From NCBI RefSeq assembly GCF_006345805.1, contig NC_043001.1, forward strand, positions 84,878,001-84,942,000: DNA of 64,000 bases, written 5' to 3'. This document shows, piece after piece, positions 54,150 to 64,000 of this stretch. The notes beneath the pieces were generated by a model. That model was not told the DNA's origin. It saw only the letters and a list, made by a program, of their open reading frames with translations, and made no database searches. This stretch comes from Octopus sinensis (lineage: Eukaryota). Within the stretch, counting starts at the first letter, position 1; each line of letters begins with the position of its first letter. Position numbers and translations under genes: made by a program.

Positions 54150-54535
54150 ACAAAGTTTGACTGTGTGGTAAGAAGCTTACTTCCCAACCACATGGTTAAG
54201 GGTTGTCGCACTGCATAGCACCTTGGGTAAGTGTGTTCTGTTATGACCTCAGGCCGACCAGAGCCTTGTGAGTGGATTTGGTAGGCGGAAACTGAAAGAA
54301 GCCCATATGTATATGTGTTCATGCGTTTTGCATCTGCGTTTGCCCCCCCCCACCATCGTAGAAACCGACGTTGATTTGTCTATGCCCTCGTAACTTAGCA
54401 GTTCGCAAAAAGAGACCGAGAGAATAAGTACTACGCTTACAAAGAATAAATCAAAGATAAGTCAATTTCTTCGACTAAAACATTTTTAAGGTGATGCTCC
54501 AGCATGACCACAGTCAAATGACAGAAATAGGTAAA
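54150..54535 (+). mobile_element. SINE family B
   Basis: GTGTGGTAAGAAGCTTACTTCCCAACCACATGG head, CCTTGGGTAAGT core. Confidence 0.75.
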
Positions 54536-54651
54536 ACCATAAGAAAAATACATATATAAACACACATTATACATGTGTTTATTTACGTGTGTATATGTAT
54601 ATATATACACACAAACCTACCTATCTATCAATCTTTCCATCTATCTATCTA

Positions 54652-54829
54652 TATTATTTACATTATTTACATTTGACGGATATTTGTCCTCATCTTGCTT
54701 GTCCTCATCAACGTTTCGGCTGATATACCCTCCACCCTTCATCAGGTGTCTTGGGGAAATTTCGAACCTGGGTTCTCATTCCTATGGTATTTTTTGTGAA
54801 ATTATTTATTTATTTTATTATTATTATTA

Positions 54830-54878
<49 letters not shown>

Positions 54879-54989
54879 GTTATTATTATTATTGTTATCA
54901 TTATTATTATTATTTAGGTTACAGCCTGGAATCGAACTCGGAATCTTGGGGTTAGTAGCCCGCGCTCGTAACCACTATGCCATATGCCC
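54652..54989 (-). mobile_element. tRNA-headed SINE-like element with (AAT)n linker and hammerhead-bearing tail
   Basis: A-box TGGCATAGTGG (54972-54982), B-box GTTCGATTC (54929-54937), HHR core CTGATGA..GAAACGTT (54710-54750), TAAATAATG tandem tail. Confidence 0.7.
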
Positions 54990-55055
54990 GTGTGGTTACC
55001 AACCCCTAGATTCCGAGTTCGATTCCAGGTTGTGACCTTAATAATGATGATGATG

Positions 55056-55114
<59 letters not shown>

Positions 55115-55268
55115 TACATCGAAAAATATCTTAGGTTCGAAAAATACCAGGTTCGAAACTTCCCCAAGACACCTAATGAAGGCTAGGGGGTATATCAACC
55201 GAAATATTGTGTTAACAACAAACAAGATGAGGACAAATATCCATCAAATATGAATAATGTAAATAATG
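54990..55268 (+). mobile_element. Second copy of the tRNA-head/hammerhead element, head partly deleted, inverted relative to the first
   Basis: B-box 55017-55025, (AAT)n, GACAC-CTAATGAA-GGCTAG..CAACC-GAAATATT-GTGTT (55168-55213), TAAATAATG tail. Confidence 0.7.
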
Positions 55269-55305
55269 CACATAGTTCCTCATCTCTTAAATATAGAACT
55301 GTATC

Positions 55306-55387
<82 letters not shown>

Positions 55388-55442
55388 TTATCTATCTATC
55401 TATTTTGTCTATCTATATATCTATCTATATATGTATGCATGT

Positions 55443-56455
55443 TAGATTCCTTCCTCTCTTTCGTCCAATCTTTCCATCCAGCCCTCCACTTCACTTCCAC
55501 TATCTCCAACACCTCTGTCTCCTTCCTCGACATTTCGGTTAGCATTCTTCACTCCACTCTTACCACCTCCATTCACTACAAACACACAGACTCACACTCA
55601 TACCTCAACTTCTCTTCCTCCCACCCAGAACACACCAAGCTTTCCATCCCCTATTCCCAATTCCTCCGTCTACGTAGGCTCTGTAGTGACGACCATGACT
55701 TTGAGACTCAGTCTCAACGTATGGCTCACCACTTCACCCTACGTGGATACCCCCTCACCACTATCCACACCGCCCTTGCCAGAGCACGGTCCGTGGACCG
55801 TGTATCTGCTCCCTCTCCCCGAGCCCGCCCTGTAGTCTCCCGCCTCCCTTTTCCCCTCACTTACCACCCCACGACCCTACGTCTCCAACGCACCATTCTT
55901 CGAGCTTTCCGTCATCTCCAGTCCGACCCTTCCACTTCACACCTCTTCCCTAACCGACCCCTCCCCTCTTTCAAACGAGCCCACAACCTTCGAGACCTTT
56001 TGGTCCATAGCTCCTTCCCTGACCCTACCTCCCAACCCGGCTCGTTCCCCTGCTCCCGCCCACGTTGCCGCACTTGCCCTTACCTCTCCAACACCACCCG
56101 CCTCACTAGCACCCACCATCGACCCTATCCCATCATCCACTCCTTCACCTGCACCTCCAGCAATATTATCTATTGCATCTCTTGCTCTCTCTGCAATTCC
56201 TTGTACATCGGACAAACGGGACGCCGCTTGGCTGACCGGTTCGCGGAACACCTTCGTGACATCCACCTTGCGAACGACACACCGGTCTCACGCCATTTCC
56301 ACTCCACCGGTCACTCCTTGCAACACCCCTCTGTGTTCGGTTTGTCCTTACACAGAGGCCATCCGGATTCCCGTTTGCGCTGTGAACAGGAATTAATCTT
56401 CTCTCTTCGCTCTTATACGCCATTTGGTCTCAACTCTCCCCCCCTCCTCATCTAA
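55443..56455 (+). pseudogene. PLE ORF 3' part: RT thumb, Cys linker and complete GIY-YIG endonuclease in one open frame
   Basis: VSFLDISV..HYKHTDSHSYL..SSHP..CSRPRCRTC..CTSSNIIYCISCSLCNSLYIGQTGRRLADRFAEH..EQELI..PFGLN*. Confidence 0.9.
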
Positions 56456-57422
56456 CCCCCCCTCCTCACCTCCTCACCTATCCTTTCCCCCCCGACCCCT
56501 ACTTCTTCAGTCCTTCATCCTTTCACCCCTACTCCCCTTCCCTTCTTCCCTCTTTCTCCCTCCCTCCTTCCCTCTTCCCCTTCCCTCTGCTCCCTCACTC
56601 CCTCTCTCCCCCTCTCCCTCTTTCCTCCTTCCTCCCCCTCCTCCCCTTCCTTATCCCCTCCTTTCTCTTCCCCACTCTACTCCCCTTCCCTTCTCCCCCT
56701 CTTCTCCCCCCATCTTCCCCCCTATTCTCCCCCTCCCCTCTTCTCCTCACTACACCACACGACGTTACACATCACATCATATATGATGTGCCATACTAAT
56801 ACATACACCAATTAATACATACTAATACGTACTAATGCATACTAATACATACTAATACATACACCAACCCTATACATACACACGTCCAGACCCCGCATAC
56901 GCACTTATACTCTCTCATACACACACACACACACTTATACATACTAATACGTACTAATACATACTAATACATAGTAATACATACACCAACCCCATACATA
57001 CGCACGTCCAGACCAATCCTACGCACTAATACTCTCTCATACACACACCACACACACACACACACCCTTATACATACTAATACATACACCAACCCTATAC
57101 ATACACACGTCAGACCCCTCCTACGCACTATTAGCTGGTCCTTCAACCCTATTATCTCCCCTTATTCGCTCTCGCGTCTCATGTTTGATCTTTGACCTCT
57201 GGCCGAAATCAGATCGCCATGTTGATTCGTTAGCTACTGCACGCATTTTTTTTCTCTCCTTCTTTCTGTGTTTTTTTTTCTCTCTGTGTATCTTTCTGTG
57301 AAGAGCGTAGGCTCGAAACGTTAAAGACTTGTTTTATTTATTTCCTGAGCGCCATACTAATACAATTGTTCGTTTGTTTTCCACCTGCCTTCGTCTTTTG
57401 TCTATTTTCATAAAGCTTCCCG

Positions 57423-57424
<2 letters not shown>
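55443..57424 (+). mobile_element. 5'-truncated young Penelope-like element, same family as 30312-34816
   Basis: Near-identical to 31231-32017 and to the terminal repeat; ends CTTCCCGTT followed by (TA)n; HHR-like motif 57291-57327. Confidence 0.93.
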
Positions 57425-57514
<90 letters not shown>

Positions 57515-58348
57515 CTATCATTTTTTTGTAGACGAAATATGTTAAACAGACTAGCTGAATAGAATATGTTGAAGTATTAAATTTCGTCATGATAAATACA
57601 GTGTTATGTAAATGTTAGACGAATATACACAGTATATACACATCTTTTTTTAGTTACACCTTGGCACAATAAGAATGATTGAAATATATCTAAATATTGG
57701 AATAAGATTATAATTATTTTCTACCTATGATATTGAAGCAGGAAAAAAAAAGAAAAGTGGATGATAGTTTTGTGTGGGGCCGTTTCTCAGTGTGGTGCAC
57801 GCTCCTTAGAGAAGATGCACTCGACTACTTTCCTCCGATTAATAACATTGTCTATTCGCATTACACTCATAGTGAGGCTTATTCTTTTATTCTTTTATTA
57901 TGTGCCTAATCTGAATGGCCGCGGCCATGATAGAGCACTGTCAGTCCTATCACGTTTTCAATGGCCATTCTTTTGTGATTGTCTTTGGTGAAGGGGGAGT
58001 TCGATGTTGCTGCCCTCTTTTAAGTATCTTGCTTTAAGTTTATCTGGGACATTGGATAGCAGGTGAACAGTTTGTTTCTTTTAAACGTCTAAACCTACTT
58101 CCTGCAAAAAAAGAAGAGATTTTGATATTCTTACTTTCCTTTCTTCTTGTTTCAAGTTTTGCATTAATCCCCTTCGTGTTTTTATCTTTCCGATTATTTA
58201 ATCTCATTTTCTTTCTTAAAGTATGTTGTAGCCCAGCATCCTAGTTTTTAAATACATTTATCGCATGAACTGAGCCTGAAAGAATACATGGTATCTTTCC
58301 GTTTATTGTATCTTAAAAGCATGTAACAGTTAGTAGCACTTTTGTAAT

Positions 58349-58406
<58 letters not shown>

Positions 58407-58408
<2 letters not shown>

Positions 58409-59969
58409 CTGCGTTTCAAATTATCAGCAACGTAACAATTGTTTATTTCATCTAAAAATTACTCTTTGGAATTCAAAATTTCCGCAGTATGATGGCAACA
58501 GTTATATGCGCGTGGTGCGTAAAAAACGTGAGGTTTTTGCCCAGGTATGATCAAACCCCGGCCGTTTGCATGATTTCCACGAACATTCAGTGTTCGAAGT
58601 TATTAACGAGTGGTCTGATAATCGTGTAATTATGAATCGTAAATGATACTCAACCGCTTCAGAGAAATCTGTTATTACTTCTGAACTTACAAAAAGTAAA
58701 TCAACAGTAGAAATATCTAAAATATTTGGAAGATACATATCCCCAAACTCTGAAAATAATTGTTACGAAGATACGCCAGAGAGCCGACAATAGTTAGTGG
58801 CGGGCTGTTTCTCAATGTTCTCCGTCACGAATTAATCGTTAAGCTGTAAAAAATCCAGGTCATACAAATGGAGTAATTTTCGAGGGCATTGGTGAAGCAA
58901 CTGTGTCCAGAAGTACCTGATATCATCTTCTGAAAAATGTCGGTAAACCAGCGATATCAGTTAAAAGATATCCTTCAAACAAAATACAGATTCAAAATCG
59001 TCTGAAATGAAAAGAATATAACATGAAGGTCGACTTTTCAAATGTTTTGTTTACGGACGAAACCTGATAGCTGGAGCAAGGGATGGTTTGTAAATGGACA
59101 AGATCGTCATCAACACTTGAGTTGCCAACAAGGGGAAGAAGGCATCTTCATTTGGGCAGGTATTATTGGAGACATTATAGCTGGTCCTTGGAAAGGACCT
59201 AACTGTTAAAATGACTGCGGATGCTTACATAGCGTTTCTGAGGGAGCACCTTGAATGTTGGTTAAAAAAGCAAAAGATCGCTTTCAAGTCGACCATAATA
59301 TTCCTACAAGATAATTCGGCTTCGCCCTCAGCGAAGAAAACTACAGAGTATCTACAACAATTGTGCTCTTGAGGACAACGGAAGATGAAGTACCTGTTTG
59401 TTCCCTCAACGTAAACCCAACAACAGAAAAGTTGTGGAGTATTATAAAACGGTGAATTTACGAGAATGGCCGCCGAGTTACGAGCAAGGATGAACTGTGT
59501 CCAGCAACGGTAGATGTATCCTGTGGTATAACATCAGAGGAGATCTACAAATTAGCATTTTCCACGGACCAGCGCTTTTTCAAACATATTTGAAAGAAAC
59601 GCCCATACATCCCTTACTAACAAGCTCATCGATCGTGTTTGAATGGTGTTTATTTTTTTATTTCTATTTCTTCCGTATTTATGACAGTATGTGTTTATTT
59701 CAGAATGTACATCAAACTATTAAATCGGTATTTTGCTGTTTAGATGAGTTTTAATTACACCTCGCTGATAATTTGAAAAGGTAAAAGTTTACGTGAATTT
59801 TGGCAAATGGCCGTAGATTCTGTATTATTTTACGGAACCTCGCGTTTTTTACACACCCCATCCATAAAAATGTTGCTATCATTCTGTGGAGATTTTGTTG
59901 AATTCCTACATGAATTTAAAAAATTAAATTAAAAAAATTTAACGTCGTTAATAATTTAAAAACGCAGTG
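58407..59969 (+). mobile_element. Tc1-like transposon, full length but decayed
   Basis: ~28 bp imperfect TIR (CA)CTGCGTTT.AAATTAT in (TA)n; VLFTDET, IFIWAGII, IFLQDNSA, KLWSIIKR. Confidence 0.85.
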
Positions 59970-59974
59970 TATAT

Positions 59975-60016
<42 letters not shown>

Positions 60017-60020
60017 TGTA

Positions 60021-60676
60021 TAGAGTGTGCGGGTTATAAACTGTCGTCTAAATTACGCAAAAATGAAAATAACACTGAAACCTCATTTTAACAGATATAT
60101 TTTAACGAAAATTACATAAAAATATCTTGTAATACTATGGAGTAAAATTATTCAATAAAATCGCAATTGCCGTCAACTACGGCCTCCAGACGACTTCTGA
60201 ATCCCGTGTAACTTTTTTGAATTGTCTCATTGTTTATGTTCATCTTAGGCGTTACAAGGAGTTTTGTTGGTCTCTTGCTCAACTGCGCCCCACATATAAT
60301 AATCTAGTGGGTTGCCGTGTGGGGAGTTGAGGTGGTCGCCGAAATTGATTGTCTGACAGCCATAACTAGTTTCTCCTACTTGTGTATCATGGTGCAGAGT
60401 TTTGTTGCCAGACATAGGATCTTCCAGCAGCCACCCTCTTGACCCAAGTCTGCACTACCTCCTTCAGGTACTTGATGCAGGCCTCCGTGTTGAATCAGAG
60501 GACGTGTGAGAAGATGAACGGAAGCATAACGTTGCCATCACTAGTGATCACTCCAAACAGCAAGATGTTGAGTGGATGTTATTCCATCATGGTGCTGTTT
60601 TTCTCACAGATGGTGCCCAATACACACGCGTGAAATTATAAAGGCAAAATGACGACAGTTTATCTATCGCACCCTG
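60021..60676 (-). mobile_element. Internally deleted maT (DD37D)-like element
   Basis: TIR CAGGGTGCG..ATAAACTGTCGTC; minus strand LFGVITSDGNVMLPFIF, VWQQNSAPCHTSRR, GAVEQETNKTPCN. Confidence 0.8.
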
Positions 60677-60685
60677 TATATGTGC

Positions 60686-60747
<62 letters not shown>

Positions 60748-61729
60748 GAGCGAAAGAGGAGAGCGGGAGAAAGAGGAGAGCGGGAGAAAGAGAGATAGTG
60801 ACACTTAAACCCACATATTCTTCGTGCAGATTTTAACTGAATATAAATTGTAATTCAATATATGGAGAGAAGCATACATATTCAGGGAATATATTATTCG
60901 TGTATGAATATCGACTCCATAATTATACAATATCTGTAGATATTGACTAAACAACGCTATCCCTGTATGAACATAGTGATCGGGCAGATAGAGTTTCTTA
61001 TAAATGCTTATTGTATCAGGATACACTGTTATTACTTGTTTAGTTTGACATACGCAATAATTAGAGAATGAAATAATTATACAAAGTAAACACGTATATG
61101 CCAAACGATTAGAAACCGTCTGTAGAATTTGGCAAAATTCCTTGCTCTCTGTTTAATTTTATTCTCAAGTATACATCATAATATTTTTGTTGTTTATAGC
61201 AGCATCAATTCGGAGCGTTGTATATTACGACTTTGTTAACTTTGAAAGTCAAATTACTGGAATAAATTTGTGAAAATAAATATGAAAATCAATATCATTT
61301 GGAAAACTGTGGTTGGCGCGGTAGTTACACTTGACCATTGCACTTAGAATCTCAGGAATGTTACGAAATACTACATCGAAATATCTGGAACGCTTCTGGT
61401 ATGAGTTATTGGTAAAATGAATTCTCATCAATTCCACATCATTAAGCTCGTTATTCACTTGCTACAGTTTTATATCATTCGTCTCCTGCTTACGTCTTTA
61501 TCCTTGTTGTACTGACGATCACATGATAGAGGTTTCAGTTCCAAACCAGATGGTGCGTTGTGTTCTTCAGCAAAACAGTTCATCACACGTTGCTCCGCGA
61601 TCACTTCCACGACTGACCCATGACTCACCGTGCACCTGATCAGGCAACGTCTGTTTGATGGCGGGAGTACAGTACATACATTTGAGCACCATAAACGAAT
61701 TATTTGTGCAGGTCGTTCGGCAAAATAAG

Positions 61730-62185
61730 TCGAACAATCATGTCATCTTTGATGCGAGTGTCTATTATTGAATGAGAGAGCAGTGCATGCATTCAATGTG
61801 ACACTGGGGTAAAATAGACGAAGCCCAGTATACCCATCATGACTACCTGTCTGATAAGGGTACACCAGGCACATGCATTACGAACATATGTACGCGAGAT
61901 GGTGATCTCATATCAAGATAAACAGCACATTATCTTGCAGGTGGGGCCCAGTTAGAATTTTCTTTTAGTCGAGTAGCCCATCCCGCTCAAAAGGTCCCTG
62001 AATAAGGATTGTTTAAGGTTGTTGAACGAACCACCTATGTTTCCAAAGGTGAATTATCCAAACCACCAGGAATTCCTTTCAACACACAGCTATGATGCTC
62101 CCCACTACTTCTGCTCATGATCAGAGATGCACATATCGTCAGCCACTAAGGGACATGCTCAACTGGTTAAGGTCAAACAACTGAT
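61730..62185. repeat. Probable interspersed repeat, family unassigned
   Basis: Higher-GC block ending at a (GTT)/(ATT)n tract; no second copy in the window, so repeat status is inferred. Confidence 0.3.
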
Positions 62186-62220
62186 AAGCAAATATGTTGT
62201 TGTTGTTGTTATTATTATTA

Positions 62221-62264
<44 letters not shown>

Positions 62265-62289
62265 TATCATCATCATCATCATGATCATC

Positions 62290-63417
62290 AAGGCGACGAG
62301 CTGTCAAAATCCTCAGCACAGCGGGCGAAATGCTTGGCATTATTATACCGGTACTACGTTCTGAGTTCAAATTCCGCCGAAGTCGAGCTTGCTTTCATCC
62401 TTTCGGCGGTTGATAAATTAAGTATCAGTGAAACACTGGGGTCGATGTAATCGACTATTCCCCTCCCACAAATCTCTGGCCTTTGCCTATAGCAGAAAGG
62501 ATTATTTAAGGTGGCAAGCTTGCTGAATCGTTAGCACTCCGGGGAAATGCTTAGCGGTATTTCATCTGCCGCTACATACTGCGTTCAAATTCCACCGAGG
62601 TCGACTTTGCCTTTTATCCTTTCGAGGTGGACACCACAAGCGCCTCCTATTGAACATCCCTTCCCGCAAAATTCTTGCCCTGGTGGCAAAACTTGAAACC
62701 AATGTAATTATATATAATATATAATTTGAAACCAATATCATTATTTTCATTAATATATAAATTCCACCGAAGTTGACTTTGCCCTTCATCTCTTTGGTGT
62801 CGATAATTTGAGTACCAGTGAACCACTAGTGTGAATGTAATCGACAAGTCCCTTCCCTCAAAATTTCAGGCATTGTGTCTTTAGTAGAAAGGATTATAAT
62901 TATTATTAGTAGTAACAGTAGTAGTAGGAATTATTATTAATATTAATGCTAGTAGTCGGAACGCGGTGAACTGGCAAAATTGTTAGCATGCCGGGAAAAA
63001 AGCCTAGCGACATTTCATCCGTCTTCATGTTCTGAGTTCAAATCTCACTTTACATCCTTTCGGAGTTCGATAAATTGAGTACCAGCGAAATTGGTTATTC
63101 CCCTCTCCCAAAATTTCAAGCCTTGTGTCTGTAGTAGAAAGGATCATTATTATTGTCTTTGTTGTATCGTCGTCGTCGTCGTTGTTCTTTGAAGCAGAGA
63201 ACTGGTAGAATCGCTAGAGCATCAGACAAAATGCTTAGTCGCTTAGTGGGATTTCTTTCGACTCATTAACTCCTTTGTTCAGATTCTGCCTCAGTCAACT
63301 TTGCCTTTCATCTTGCACAGGGTTGTAAAATAACGTATCAGTAAGTACTAGGATCGATGTTATCGACTAACGCCTCCCCTCAAACCTGTTAGATTTTGGC
63401 CAAAAATTAGAAAGAAT
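62290..63417 (+). mobile_element. Head-to-tail array of five SINE family A copies
   Basis: Units at about 62290-62502, 62507-62705, 62758-62893, 62960-63143, 63192-63417, each with the GAGTTCAAATTCC / GTCGAC..GCCTTTCATCC core. Confidence 0.8.
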
Positions 63418-63626
63418 CGTCAATATTATTATTGTTGTTGTTGTTGTATTTGTCATCGTAATCGCTGTATTTGTTGTTAATAATTTTTGTATGTTGTATT
63501 ATTTTCATTGCATGCTTTCAGCACGCAAACGAATATAGTACCGTGTCCCCTGCGTACGTGAAGTATATTCTGTTTGTGTTCCTATTGTATTTAAATTTTC
63601 AATTAGGTCATATATGATGTACAGTG

Positions 63627-63687
<61 letters not shown>

Positions 63688-63689
<2 letters not shown>

Positions 63690-63928
63690 AGGTTGGGGCA
63701 TAATTATTGCAGCTTTTTTAAATAAATTTTATTCAACAAAAACAATAACAATATTTAACAAAAACATTTTTAAATACCGTCTGGCCGTCTACCAAACAAA
63801 TGGGAGGCAGTAATTGAAGTAGATGGGGAATATGTTCCGGAATAATAATTTAAAGATGTTTTTGTTACATGTTGTTTTTGCGAAAACAAATTTGTTGAAA
63901 AAACCCGCAATAATTATGCACCGGCCCA

Positions 63929-63929
<1 letters not shown>
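63688..63929. mobile_element. Mariner-type MITE (~240 bp)
   Basis: TIRs TTAGGTTGGGGCATAATTATTGC / GCAATAATTATGCACCGGCCCAA; right end followed by TA, left end abuts (TA)n. Confidence 0.8.
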
Positions 63930-63977
<48 letters not shown>

Positions 63978-64000
63978 AGTACACACACACACACACACAC

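Noticed and set aside
54915-54989. Functional tRNA gene
   Set aside because: Has A/B boxes and an anticodon-like loop but no convincing acceptor stem and no T-run terminator; continues into a repeat body, so treated as a SINE head.
61240-61700. Possible mariner transposase remnant on the minus strand
   Set aside because: Only faint similarity; no catalytic motifs or TIRs could be fixed.
62290-63417. CRISPR-like repeat-spacer appearance of the SINE array and other repeats
   Set aside because: Units are ~200 bp diverged SINEs in eukaryotic DNA; no short identical repeats, no cas genes.

Overview
Eukaryotic, AT-rich, microsatellite-saturated DNA, inferred to be octopod cephalopod from the S-crystallin gene and the repeat style. 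One host gene is supported: a six-exon + strand S-crystallin/sigma-class GST (CDS 4056-4188, 19407-19502, 21302-21417, 26301-26354, 35702-35809, 47352-47516; 672 nt, 223 aa; all introns GT-AG with compatible phases). Its introns (about 43 kb) and flanks are filled with mobile DNA: Neptune-type Penelope-like elements (PLEs; RT + GIY-YIG), short PLE-derived elements with minimal hammerhead-ribozyme (HHR) motifs, R4/Dong LINE fragments in (TAA)n, Tc1/maT/mariner elements and MITEs, Helitrons, and at least three tRNA-derived SINE families. The strongest leads are: (1) a head-to-head pair of tRNA-headed, hammerhead-tailed SINE-like elements at 54652-55268; (2) seven minimal dimer-type HHR motifs with covarying stem I; (3) an S-crystallin that keeps GST-like F100/N101 and has a symmetric loop exon; (4) three long palindromes just after exon 5. 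Gene, TIR and palindrome coordinates were counted by hand; SINE and remnant boundaries are approximate (tens of bp). Family names come from motif recognition, not database searches. Scattered 1-nt indels could be assembly errors.
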